A stretch of 64,000 nucleotides of DNA from assembly GCA_051294375.1 (NCBI GenBank), contig CM119267.1, positions 16,220,543 through 16,284,542 on the forward strand. The letters run 5' to 3'. The notes under the pieces were generated by a model. It did no database searches. It worked only from the letters and a program-made list of their open reading frames with translations, and was not told where the DNA came from. Source of the DNA: Paraspadella gotoi (taxonomy: Eukaryota > Animalia > Chaetognatha). The translations under genes were made by a program, and so were the position numbers. This document shows positions 10,763 through 24,339 of the stretch, in pieces; position 1 is the stretch's first letter, and the number at the start of each line of letters is the position of its first letter.

Positions 10763-13700
10763 AAGGTTTTCACGGATTGATAAACAAAGTGGTTCCGTTG
10801 ATTTTCTATGCGGGTCGAGACTGAGGGAGAGGAAAAGGCAATACGCGGATGTGAGAACATAAAAATAGAGGAGGCGAGAACAATAAGTAGGGAGACATAT
10901 CTAGACACAGTAGAAAGAATTGATGAAAACCCTTTTTGCTTATAGAACGGAGAACAAGCTCTGATTCAATGTACGCTTGGAATCGAGATGAATTTGAAAT
11001 AACAACTTATTTCGGAGATACGTAGCGAATAGAGCAAAAAAAAAAAAAAATGATTCCCTCACGACTCGTAAAAACCCCTCGTTGCTATTTTTCTGTCTCT
11101 CAAAATCACCAATCGATATTTGTCTTCTCCTCCCCGCTCCTCCGAGGTCAGACTTGACTATCTTGAGAAAGTCGAACCTCGCTATCGCACGGAAGCCACC
11201 GTCTTTGGGGTCAAAGACCAAAATAGGCCCCCCCCCAAAAAAAATACTGAAAGAAAAACAAAACAAAAAAACAACAACAAAACAATATAAACGGTTGGAT
11301 GGAGAAAATATTGAATATTTAGAGAAAAAAAATAAAAGAAGGGGATCGGGTTGGGGGGAGTGGCGGGGATAGTATATGGGCGCGTCCGGATTCGCCACTT
11401 CCCTATGACCCCACCGCGACTCCCAATGTGCCATCCAGTTTTAGTTCCACGAGCCGTCAGGGACCGTGCCGACGAAAAACGCCCGCTCGTCTCCGTCCCG
11501 CGTGCCCCTTGTTGGAGCAAAAATGGCGCGGGGTGTACGGTCAGAGGTTAAGGGTCGCGCGTACAGCGGGAATACGCGTAATTATGCATTAACGCGCGCA
11601 TAAAAATCTCGACAGGACTTCGGGATAAAAAGCCTGGTCTTGACAGCGTCGAGTCGAGCAAAGGAGAAACATAATTTTACACGTTTACGTTTTCTACTAG
11701 ATAAAAGCGGCTTAGTTGTTTAATAAATTTTTTCCCATTACTACAAAAAGGGCACACGATCGAACTTTTTTTTTTAAACTACACTATGTCAACAAACGAA
11801 CAAAAATAAATAAGGCAGGTATAGTTAAATGTCCTAATTAAAAACTAAATGTTGTTACAATTGTTTCAGCGCGTTTCTCCACGGAATGCGTGAAATCTTG
11901 ACGCCTGGAGGCAAAGGGCGCGAGAGATCTCGGCGCGGGAAGCCAAAGGCCGGAGAGCGTGTCGGCGTCAGCGGCGGCGGCGGTTGCGGCGGNNNNNNNN
12001 NNNNNNNNNNNNNNNNNGCAGGAAGATAATTGTTTAATATTAAAGTAGTAACGTGGAGTAATAGGTAGCTCGGAGATAATCAGCGAATGGTTTTCATAGT
12101 CAAAAAACTAAGAGAGTAAAAGGTGCTACTCTTCTCTTACATAATGAATATAACTCTGCAGTCTCTGCGTCTCTCTCTCCTGGGGTCTCATCGTCTCCAT
12201 CTCTCGTGCGTTCGTCTCTCGTACTCCTACTCATCTCCCTCGGTCACTCTCTCCTCCCATGGTCTCTCTCAGTCATCTGCCGTCTCCTCATTTCTGGCTG
12301 CTGCTTTTCCCTGTTTCGTACTTTGCGGCCTCTCCCCCGCCGTCGTCGCCGAGGCCGATTTCCTCTCCCCTCCGAATCAGGTGCCGTCACTTGTGGCGGT
12401 CGCGCGACCTGCATTCGCCCCGAGGCCGCCGATACGCCTTCCTCTAGATAGACACATTACGCGAGGCCGCTAGAGCCAGCCGACAATACACATCGCGCCG
12501 CGGCATGCGCCTGCTGACTTGCCGACATACGTCTCTCTCGGACGGTTGTGCTCTCCCCGCGGCCGGTAGAAGTGCTCTCGGCGCCCACATTGTGCCTCCA
12601 GGGTGCGGGTGGTCAAGAATTTCACAAGCGCATTGCCGTGGGAGGCGTGAGAAACGGCTGAAATACAATTGTAACAGACATTTAGTATTTTTTGAAAAAA
12701 TTTAAGGGACATTGTGATTGATATACTTTTCCTTTTCGTTATGTGTTGTTAAGGATATAAAGTTGAAAACTAAAGACAATAAGTCTTGATAACTATAAGG
12801 CAACGCATGTAAAGGCTGATGAAGGGCTTGAAATGACAACGACCGAATACTATGTTGTCTGTACAAGGTAAGAAAAGGAATATCGCGAGGATACTGCTTG
12901 TATCTAAGACTACTGTTGTCTTTTCCTAGTTTTTCAATTAGAAGCATTGTGGAGGATGATAGAAATACGCGTGCCTTATTTTTATTATTTGTTCAGTTTG
13001 TTTGACATAAGTGTAGTGGTTAAAGTAGTCTTTAAAAAAAAAAAAGTTCGATGCGTGTGGCGCTTTTTGTAGGTAAATGGGAAAAAAATTTAATTAAAAA
13101 GCAACTAAGGTCCGCTTTTATCAGTGAGTATAAGGCGTGGGACAAAAGCGTAGTAAAAGTGGGTATGTTTCTCATCTTTGCCTCGACTCGTACGGAACTG
13201 TCAAGAATCGCGGGCAGGCATTTTTTATTGCCGCGAAGTCCTAGTCAGAGATTTTTATGCAGCGGCGTTAATTTAGAATGCATATAATTACGCCCGTATA
13301 TGATCCCTCGGCTGTAAACATGGATAGTTAGTCTGCGACCACTGTGAACGTACTCTGCACCCCCGTGGAACACACCTGCGGGGATTGCCAGTTTTTAGCT
13401 CGGCAACAAGGGGCTGACGCGGGACGGAGAACGAGCGGTTGGGGCGTTTTTCGTTACGGCAGGGTCCGGCTGACGGCTTGCGTGGAAACTAAAAGCTGGA
13501 ATGGTACCACATTGGGAGTAGTACGCGGTGGGGGTCGATAGGGAAGTGGCGCGCAGCATTATACTATTTCTGCGGCGCGCCACTTGACCCGCCAACGAAG
13601 ATACCGCGATTCACGCCATTCTTTTATTTGTTTTTTTTCTTTTTTCACGTAAATATTAACCTCCTCAAAGTATGTTTCATCGAGCGCATGCTGCAAACCG

Positions 13701-16700
13701 TTTATGATTGTTCTGTTTGTTGTTGTTGATTTTTTGTGTTTGTTTTTTTCTTTTCTAGTTATTTTTTGGGGGGGGGCCTATTTTGGTCTTTGACACCCAA
13801 AGACTCGATAACTTTTTTTTTTCGTACAAGCATCTCAGTCGCCGGATCGGCCGACGTCGATTTCGACTCGAAACGCGAAAAGGAGTAACGAGCGAAAAAA
13901 AGTTGTTTCGTATCCTTGGTCAAGTCGTAAATTGGAAACCCCTTGACCGGGGGGGGAGGTGGGGGGGAGTGGGGAGACGAGACGGGGGAAGAGGATGTCG
14001 TTAAGAGGCGCGGAAAGAGAATCGCAATGAGACCGCGACCTTGAGGCCGCTACTCGAGCCAGCCCCTTGCCTCGATCTGGCGAGTCGCGGTCTCGAGAGT
14101 GAAGTTTTCGCGGTTTTTTAGTCACGCGTCTCATTCACGGAGAAGATCCTGACAGGATTTACAAATTGTATTCTTTTGGCCGCGGCCGTTTTTGTTTTTT
14201 TTGTGGGAGGAATTTCAATGATTAGGTCATTGCGTTTCGTCTACTTCTATTGTTTTCAGAAATGATAATTTTTTTTATTTTCGTTTCATTACTCACAAGT
14301 AAACATGAAGGCAATTTAATCGTCTGCTTTCCACGAGCCTCTTGTCAAATTCTTATTATCACGCTCACGAACTGTAAGTAAGAGTCGGATTGCGAGTACA
14401 AAGGGTTTTTTACAAAGAGAAAAAAAATCAAGAAAATTTCTTCTTTTTTTTTTAGAATTCCATCAAAATTCATCTCGGCCAAAGCCAAGACGCCACGACG
14501 CGTCTCGGCGACGGATGAAATCCGCTTTGTCGCCGAGGAGAAACAAAAAAGCAAGAATGTCTTTTTCTCGGACTGAAACAGCGCGATAAAAAAAAGAGGG
14601 CGAAGACGACGAAAGAGGCGATGGGTCAGAAATGGTCTCGGAGGAACGTCGTCGGGAGGACAAGAACAAAAAAAATTGGGGAGGACAAGACCAGCTTAGT
14701 ATGGACAAGCGCGGGGTTGAAAGGATTAGGAACACTTAATAAATTAATAACTTAACCTAACCGGTCCAAAGTCAAAAGCGTAGAAAAATAGGCAGGTCAG
14801 GAAATACAACAGGCAGGACAAGCTCCAACGTCGAGAGGACAAGAAAATCGCCGAGAGGTCAAGATCAGTTTCGACGGACGAGAATAGCGTCGAAATGACG
14901 AAAGCGGCTCGAGATTAATACCGCAAAGAAGAGAGGGCAGCACAGGCAGCAATACCACTGTGGCGGCGATGGCGGNNNNNNNNNNNNNNNNNNNNNNNNN
15001 CAGAGAGGGATTACCGCTCGCGGAACCACCACAGGTTCCGCCATTCGACCAGGAGCTTCTTAATTGTCACTTCGTATGTGCGCGTCGCAACACATCACTC
15101 CGGTACGCCGAGTTCACACCTCACCTTTTCCTATAATCGTATATCGCGAGTCATGCTCCCGGCCAACTAGGCCCCGGCGCGTATTGGACTGGACGATTTA
15201 TGCATCCTAAAGTTGCCTCAATTTTTTTTTTCTTACCACATCTCTCTCCTCTCTCTCTCTCTCGATCTCTCTCTTCGTCTCTTTATTTGAACCTGGCTAT
15301 CGGCTGTTGCCTGGAAGCTGCGTGGCCGGCAGGAAGGGCGCGGTCCGGAAGACGTTGAACGCTGAGCCATACCAGGAGTGAGTGTAGTACCGGGTGTCGG
15401 GTGTACTGGATGCGCCCGCGAACAGAGATGCGTACATCGCCGGAGTGCTAGCACGCCTGCACTAATCTCTCTCTCTCTCTGCTGCTCTCATCTTCTCTCT
15501 CTCTCATGCTCTCGATCCTCCTTCTCGTCACTCTCGTCGGTCTTGCTGCGTCTCTCTACTCTCTCTTTAGCGGCGCGCTGCGAGTGCTGCTATTCTTATC
15601 CTGATGTCCGCTGCTCGCCGCGACCATGCGAGGGAGGAGTGCGACGGCACATCGAAGTGAAATAAGAAGCGGTCCGAAGGGGCCGTTGTGGTCCGGAGCG
15701 GATAGATAGGTCACGACCCTCCCACCCCACCCCCCCCCCAAAAAAAAGATTTCTGGGTCCGGAGGGCGTGGCTTCGCAAGCTTCGCTCCGAGCTTCGGTT
15801 TTCATTACTGAGCAAGTTCTCTTGTAAGATTACTTGACATTCTCTTCTCTTAGGCTCGTGCTGATTGCGGTTTAAGTCTTTGATTATGTGCATGGAGCGT
15901 GATTATATCATCTATATGAGTAGCGTTAGTGGGAGGGGCGAGCAGGTTTTCTTCGCATGCGCTATTTCTATCATATTGTTCTTAACCAGTATATTACGTC
16001 TGAGATGGTGTTGTATTGTCAGTCGTTGATTTTGTCGCAGCTGGAGCGGTGGCCGGAGCGGCGGGTCAGCTTGAGGCTCCTAGCTAGTTGATTAGGTGCG
16101 ATTGTGTTGTATGATTTAAAAATTGATATAATTTTTTGTATCAGAATATGAGTTAGACTTTTGTCGCGTCTTTCTTTTCTATGACCATAGATCGTGTCCG
16201 TTTAGAGCTTAACATTCATCGCTCTTCTCGGTCTATCTCATCTTTTCAATTGATTTGTTTTTTGTTTTGGCTTTTATACACTTGAACTTTAAATAATCGT
16301 TAAATTCTTCTCGCATTTTGTACTATCCACAAGAAAAACAGTGGTATAATTTTCGAACTGTCATATCTTTCTTGGTGTCTTTGGTGCCAGGGAATTTATG
16401 CTACTTGGTATTATCGCTTTCGTATTATTTACCCCTCCTGTCTGTACTTGCTCTTCTTCTGTTTCTGTCATTCTGAAGAACACGGACGTTTCGGCAGAGT
16501 TGTTCGGCGTTTCGTCTTCGGAGGGTTCTTGGTAAATGAGCTTAAGAGGAGAAAGTCTCGCCTCCTTTTGGTTTATTTTAACGTTTCGTCTGGTTTATTT
16601 ATCATTTCAGTTAGCTTTCTCTCCGTTTTCGGGGCGCTTTCGCCAAAATGTTGAAACAACGGACGGAAAGTTCGATGTGAGCTGCGCGGAAGCAAAGAAG

Positions 16701-17415
16701 GCGAAAATAAAAAAAAAAAAAGTCCGGCGATTGTGGCTACCGCGCATCTGGGCTTTGTCGTAAGGCGTTTTGTCATCCGTTTGCGTCGTATGTTTTGCAT
16801 CGGCCTTTGTCGTCAGTCTGTTTCGTGCGTCTGATGTGCCGTGGTCGATCTGTTCTCTGGTCTTGAATAACGGCGGCGCGAGTCGCAATATGGTGCGGTT
16901 TGCAGATAAGGTTTGTCTGGCGTCGTCTCAATGCGTACTCGGGGGCCTTTGCATCGGGCATTAATATGGTGCCGGCGGCTCCTTGGTGGAGATGAAGGGA
17001 GAAGGGGGAGGATAGTGGGATGAGTGGGTAAACAGTGGCGATTTAAGAAGGGCAGAATTGAGGAGGGTGAGGGCGAGGAAAGGGTGGGCGGTGGCATGGT
17101 GGGAAGGGAGGAAAAAAAGAGAAATTAGATTCTCGATGGGACTCTGAGGATGAGCACAGAGGACGTTCGCGAGAAAGGAGAGAAAAAAAAAAAGCGTTGA
17201 AGATGCAAAAGAGTGACAGATGTTCGATGTCAGGAGGACGCGAGAGAAAAGGACGGATTTTATAGTGATTTTTATACAAAAAATACTATGGCTGGACGAA
17301 GAAATGTTAAACCTAAAACGATATGATCTACATTTTCGGTCTTCTCAATTAATTCAATTTGTTAGAATTCAAATTCAAATTTAGTAAATCTTACAGACAA
17401 GATGAATAGCGGGGG

Positions 17416-17417
<2 letters not shown>

Positions 17418-17480
<63 letters not shown>
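17418..17480. repeat. (GA)n microsatellite
   Basis: Directly visible. Many similar GA/CT tracts occur through the window (e.g. 21945-22030, 35415-35640, 42915-43003, 44120-44200, 57715-57803, 58876-58979). Confidence 0.95.
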
Positions 17481-17486
<6 letters not shown>

Positions 17487-20400
17487 TTCTTCGTTCAGAT
17501 TAAGAAAAGACAGATTCGAGAGTCGTAGTCGTATCTAGAAAATACGGGCGACACTGAATCGGGTTGCGAAAGGAGTGGATCCATTGGAAGTGGCTTGCGG
17601 GGGTTGTGAATGTCCCGTAGTGGAAATGCCATAGGAGTGACGGAGTCGGAAGCGAGAGTGGCACAATCTTTGTCCAACCGTCGTACAAACACCAATCTTT
17701 TCGTTCCAACCTCTGTCTCGCGAATATCTGGATCCCCTTTTGTTTTCTTTGTTTGGTTTCCACGAAAATAAAAAAAAAAAGGCGGCGCTGGCGTCGTGTC
17801 GCGTTTTCCATTTGTCGGCGTGACCTTCGGAGTGCAGTCAATACTTTCTTTCTCATTTTCTTTTCCCTTTTTTGTTTTGCTAGTTTTTTTTTCCCCTTTT
17901 CTTTGTTCCCTTCTTGCCTATATGCCGTGGAGGGTTAACCCACCAAAATCAGGAGCAGCCATTGACAAATCACCCGTATTAACCGCGACTAAACAGTCGA
18001 GAAGGTGGGCGATTCGGGAGAACGGAATGTACTCCATGGATTCCTTTTTCTAGCGAGAAGTCGATGAGGAAAGGAGGCAGGGCTCTCCTTGAAGAAAATG
18101 AGCCGCTTATCTGTGAGATATGAAGAGCCCACGCAAGAGAAAAGGTTTGAGAAAAACACGGGCGAACGCCCAGGAAAAAACGGGAAGAACGGTCTCGCGA
18201 AAAAAAACAAAAAAAAACAGAAAAAATAGAAAAGGAAAGCGCGCGCCAGAAGGCAAGGACGCGCGCGCCTGAGGCAGACGTCGACTTTTAAAGCGACATC
18301 GTTATTCATGCACCTGAAGACTGAAAAGAATCTCCAACGTTTTGAAGGAAAGAGAAGAAGAGAACTAGGGATAATTCGAAAATTTTAGCTCTTGGCGCCG
18401 AACGCTTATAGGGTGGGCGTCATTTCGACCGAGAGTCAAACGCGGTTTTTTTGGTTTTTTTTGCAAGTAGAATAATGACTCTTTTGCATATAAAGCCGAG
18501 AATACGAAAACGTTTGAGCGTTCTTGTTTTCTGTGATCCTGGTTTTTTTTTTCGAACTGTGTTTGTACACGGGAATATCAGTTTATTTTCATTTCTATTC
18601 TTACTTGCCCTCTTTCAAACTTACACATGTCACATGATGCGATTTACAAATTACAGGATATTAACTTCAATCAAGCTAAGGAAAGAATTCTTTTTAAAAA
18701 GTCAAGCAAATTTTCGATTTATCGTAGATTAGCAAAAAGGTTTAGCAGATCACTAAAATTAGGTAATTTACACTTACAGATGCGATCATATAAATGGAGA
18801 AAAGGGCCAACTATAAGTTTAGTCATAGACTTGGCCAATGGGACAACTATCCACGCCGTCTCGCGTCGGCGCATAATCACGAGCGCAACTCTCAGTCACG
18901 CGGAAACATAAGCCTCACGAGGCGGTTCAATATTTTCCGGATATAGAAAGCTCTACATTTCTTTTTTTCCTTTTTTTCCCCCTTTTTTTTCTTTCCGTCT
19001 CCGCATTTCCTGCTCTACCTAGAACTCCTTTTTTTCTTAGTCTATTTTATGCTGTTTTTCTTCAGTTTCCTTTTCTTTTCTTTTTTTCTTTATTTCTTTT
19101 CTTCTTTTCTTCTCTTTGCTCCTCGTTTCTTTTTTTTTCTAGTATTTTCTTTTTTTTTCCTATTTTCTCTTTCATCTTATTTATTTCCTTTTCGCCCTTG
19201 TTTTTTTTTTCTTCATTCTCTCACCGCCCACTAGATCGCGTTTCGCGATTTTTCGTGACTTTTCCTCGCAATTCTCCCTCGTCCTTCATCTCCCTTTGAT
19301 CATACTTCTCGCACCTGACGATCGGCCAAGCGGCTGGGCCACCTGGGGGGCGACATCGAGAAAAAAAAGGGGGGGCGCTCTCATCGGCACCTGCGGGCGG
19401 ATCGAAGGCGCGACGGGCGAGCGGGCGAGCGGGCGGAGGCGGCGAGCGGACAGGAGGGCTAATCTCGGGGGCAGAACCGTGATTGAGCGCTCCGTAGGGG
19501 AAGGGGGGGGTGCGGGCGAGAAGATGGAGGATGTGACGAGTCCCTAAGAGAGGGATGATGTGAGGGTGAAGAGAGTGATGATCGTTGTGATTTTTCTCTG
19601 AAAATATTTCTGCTAAAAATATATATACGTACATTAATTATTATATAATTATATAATGTACCATTGTACATACAAGTCTAACAAGAGACAAAGGACTGAA
19701 CCCGCCGTCTTCTACCATTTCATTTGAAATAGACGCTGCAGCTGACGCTGCGTACGTCTCTGCGCTGACGCTGTCACTAACGCTAACAGCGCCGTCCCTG
19801 TGCACAGTGTGGAGTATAAGGATCTAAAACGTCGCGAGGTGGCGCGGAGTGACGAGTGGCGTGGGCGACGATTACGTAGNNNNNNNNNNNNNNNNNNNNN
19901 NNNNNNNNNNNNNNNNNNNNNNNNNNNNNNNNNNNNNNNNNNNNNNNNNNNNNNNNNNNNNNNNNNNNNNNNNNNNNNNNNNNNNNNNNNNNNNNNNNNN
20001 NNNNNNNNNNNNNNNNNNNNNNNNNNNNNNNNNNNNNNNNNNNNNNNNNNNNNNNNNNNNNNNNNNNNNNNNNNNNNNNNNNNNNNNNNNNNNNNNNNNN
20101 NNNNNNNNNNNNNNNNNNNNNNNNNNNNNNNNNNNNNNNNNNNNNNNNNNNNNNNNNNNNNNNNNNNNNNNNNNNNNNNNNNNNNNNNNNNNNNNNNNNN
20201 NNNNNNNNNNNNNNNNNNNNNNNNNNCCGATCAAGTGAGTGGAACGAGGGCTGCTGAGGGAGAGGAATATCAAGACGCGGCGAGGAAAACGTGTATGAGT
20301 TTTTCTGCTTCGAAGGATCGAAAAGACGATAATAACCGGAAACTTTGTTTACTTAAGGCCTGATTCTTTTTTTTTTTCGCGGCTATTTACTATTTTTGCT

Positions 20401-21317
20401 GGCGGATGTATTCCAAGTTGGAATGCTAGAATTTTGTTTTTTTTCAAAATCAAACTTTGCATTAAACTCGAAAAGTAGAAATACAAATATCATTTAAGTC
20501 GAATTTCGTTTGGGTNNNNNNNNNNTCCTCTTTCAGTCCTTTTTCATCTCTCAATTACTACCTCTTGGTTACCCATCGGTTAATCGTCTCTTTTGTCTTT
20601 CCACATCTTGGGTCTATCCTTTGCTTACTTCTTACTACGAGAAGTGTCATCATTTCTAAACTGTAACTGTTTAATTCTAGAATTGCATTGATAGGATTGT
20701 AAACTTGAGCGGATCATCCAAATTAGAAATGCCTAAATATCTAAATATCTAAATAGCGTGTAACGATTCGCTCTCCCTTTCTCTTCCTTCTTCCCCTCTT
20801 CTTTCCCGCCCTCTCGCTAAAAGGAGGAAGGGTTTATGACGGAAACGATGATTTGATTAGCGACGCGGAGATCCGATTACTCGTCAACAGTGGAAGAGCG
20901 GAGAGAGAGAGAGAGAGAGAGNNNNNNNNNNNNNNNNNNNNNNNNNNNNNNNNNNNNNNNNNNNNNNNNNNNNNNNNNNNNNNNNNNNNNNNNNNNNNNN
21001 NNNNNNNNNNNNNNNGAGAGAGAGAAAGAGAGAGAGAGAGGATAAAAATATTCCTGAATACCAATGCCAAGTCGCATCGTCGATCGCCATGGAATCAAAG
21101 TAGTGAGATTTTGATCTCTTGCCTAGTCGCACGTCGAATCACTGACTCGTGACTTTTTCTTGGATCTGTGAATCTGTGATTCGTAAACGAAGGTGAAAAG
21201 CGATAGACAAATAAGCATCATTATCACGGACGGTGATTATTAAATACGACAAGAATCGATTACACGGATTTTCCGCTTCACTTTTGTTTATTTTTTTTCC
21301 CTCCATCGCCTTTTCAG

Positions 21318-21744
21318 TCGCCGCGCACTCTTACGTTAGAAACTTATTCCGCTCAACCGCCTCGACCAAGTCAGGTTCGTCTCGGAACCCTTTGGCCAGG
21401 CGCCGGAGCGCCAGTCTCCAGTCGCCGCCCCCAAAGCTTGACGAGGTCATTGAACTTTGGCTATTATTTACCCCCGTATATATTCACTAACTACAACCAA
21501 ACCAGTCAACGCCCCTTTGACACCCTTTCCCCTCTCCCAGTCCGACTCTTCCACCTTCCCGTCTCGATCCTCGAGCGGAAACTCTTCGGACGAGAGTAAC
21601 CGGAACCGAAAGTGGAAGACGCTCGTTTGCGGCGACGCGCGCGCGGGAAAGCCGAGTCCGCCTTTGCGGGTTTTGTTTACTTCGAAGCGAAGAAGCGAGA
21701 AAAAAGTAAATAAACATTTCGCCGGCCGTCGGACGTCACGGTGA
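21318..21744 (+). CDS. Candidate last two exons of an unidentified Ser/Arg-rich protein
   Basis: TTTTCAG acceptor, exon 21318-21445 (AAHSYVRNLFRSTASTKSGSSRNPLARRRSASLQSPPPKLDE), 95-nt intron with weak GTCATT donor and C-rich CCCAG acceptor, then in-phase exon 21541-21744 to TGA. No recognisable domain. Confidence 0.3.
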
Positions 21745-21943
21745 CCAAAGAGAGAGAGAGAGAGGAAAGATGGGAGAGAGAGAGAGAAGAGAGAGAAGAG
21801 AGAGAGAGAGAGAGAAGAGAGAGAGAGATGAGAGAGAGAGATGAGAGGAAGAGAAGAGAAAAGTTGAATTAGGTACGCGAAGGGTTTATTTACGACGGAG
21901 AAAGAGAGGGAGAGCGAGTGGCGGAGTGCGTGTGTTATGTAAC

Positions 21944-22031
<88 letters not shown>

Positions 22032-22477
22032 TGGAGAGAGAAGAGACTGTCTCGATGATTGGATCCTCGTCTCCAGAAGAACGTCCCTAAGGCTACTGAA
22101 ATTATGACTTCTCTGTGAATGGCAACTAATTGTCTTGCACCTCGAGATTGCAATTGCTGGCCAGAGAGAGCGACATCTCGCGCTAAAGATGAGCGTCACC
22201 CTTTTCTTAGGCCTTTTTTTTCTTTTAGGGCAAGGGAAGATAAGATCTCTTCTCTTTAGCATTCCCCCGCGATTTCAGGTGAGTCCGTCTCTCTCTCTCT
22301 CTCTCTCTCGCTCTCTCTCTCTCTTTCTCGTCGCAAAACTACTACAACTAAACTCCAAAGGCAAATGGCTTCCGCCAGTTTAAAAAAGGTCTTCCTGCTA
22401 AGAATAAAAAATCTCGCTCTCTCTCTCTGTCTCTCTCTGTCTCTCTCTCTCTCTGCCTCTCTCTCTCCCTTTCTTTT

Positions 22478-22636
<159 letters not shown>

Positions 22637-24339
22637 TTCATTTTTTTGATGGAACAGCATCCTGGTTTTGTTCGCTTGTCAAAAAATACGATGACGTCGA
22701 CGAAGGTGAAGACAACGAGACAAAGACGACGACGTGTCAAATTTCGTGTCGAATGTCACACGTCACATCGCGGACGCCAAAATTTTTTTTAGGGAGCTTT
22801 GCCTATCAATGTTTTTTTTTTTTTGCTTACAGTTTACATTTTACAATCTAAATGTCTTGAGCACCAAAACATTTTCATGATAAATTATTTTTACTGATGA
22901 ATTTAAGATGTTCCAATGTGGTTTCTCACTTATAAGTTATTTATGCCGTCAACGTGGTTCTAATATCGAGACTGTGTTGGCGTTAATATCGTTACAGAAT
23001 ATTCCGTTGTTGAGCCGCTTGCCCGTTGTCTTTTGTCCGAAGCGACCTCCCGCGGATTCGACGGCTGCGTTTGTCTCTCGTTGGCGTCGGCTTCGGTCAA
23101 TTTCGTCCTCATGGACACCATTGTTGCCCTTTTGTTGTTGGCGCCATTTTCAGACGCCGTCGTCGTTGTTGTCGTCGAATTCTTCGTCGTCCTCGACGCT
23201 CTTAGAGGCCCTTGTCATTGCAGACGTTTGCTTCAAGGCGTTATTCTACCTTTTCCTATAAAATACGTATTTTTTTTTAGTTTAAAACTTCGTTAAATGT
23301 TTTTTTTTTTGGTAGCCACGTTCTACAATGTTTTGCAAACGTTGCATCGTCGTCGTCTTCTCGTTCTCGTCATCGTCCTCGTCGCTGACGCTGTCGTGAT
23401 TTTTTTTCGTGTGACGCCGCCTTAGCCTTAATCCCTTCATCAGTTCTGCCCCCTCGACTTGCTCGCTTGATGTCGAGTTGTTCTCTCGGAGATAAAATAA
23501 AATGGATGCTCGAAAATAAAAGGGAAAAGGATGAGGGGTAGAATAAAATAAAGGGTATTATACCGGAAGAATGATAAAATGAAATGGAAATGGAAGGGAA
23601 TGAAATATCCTGGATGAAATAGAATTAAAAACGGTTAGAAAATTGAAGGAAAATAAACTGAATTGAATAGAAAATAAAGCCAGGAAAGATAACATACGTG
23701 AATATGAAAAAATAAAATTTTTCTCGCTAAAAAAAACCCCGCGAAGTTATGCTATTATACAGTAGTTGTAGAAAAGAGGAAATGCTCTCTGTGAGTAAGT
23801 GCGCGCGCTCGAGTGCAACTGGGCATTTTAGTCTCTTTGCTGGAAGCAATATTTTTATCGAGNNNNNNNNNNATCAACTGCGTCATATGACCTTCATATT
23901 ATTAACTTTCTCCTTCATTATTTTGGCAATTCAGCCGTTGCAAGTGATCAAAAAGAAATTTTCAATTTAACTGGAAAAAGTTCAATAAAAGTTTCATTTA
24001 AAAGTGCTCCGTGCTTGGGCCCCCCCTCCCATGCAATATTTCGAGTCACGCTCGCGTCACTGAATTCCTCATCTCTTGTCACGCTCGCGTAACTCTCGTC
24101 ACGCCGTCGATCACAACGAGACTATATTTTTTTACTCGCGCCACGGCGGGGGGAAAGGCGCATACTTAGTAGGAGCGCATTTGAGCTAATTGAGGAACGC
24201 TGCGCAGGTTCGTTATTGCGAGAGATTGATTAGCTCGGTTTTTTGTTCGAGCCTTGTAATTCTTAAATGTATTAATAAAATTTGTTAATTAATAATTCTT
24301 TATAATTTTTATTTTCTTTTCCGATAAAATACCGTTCAA

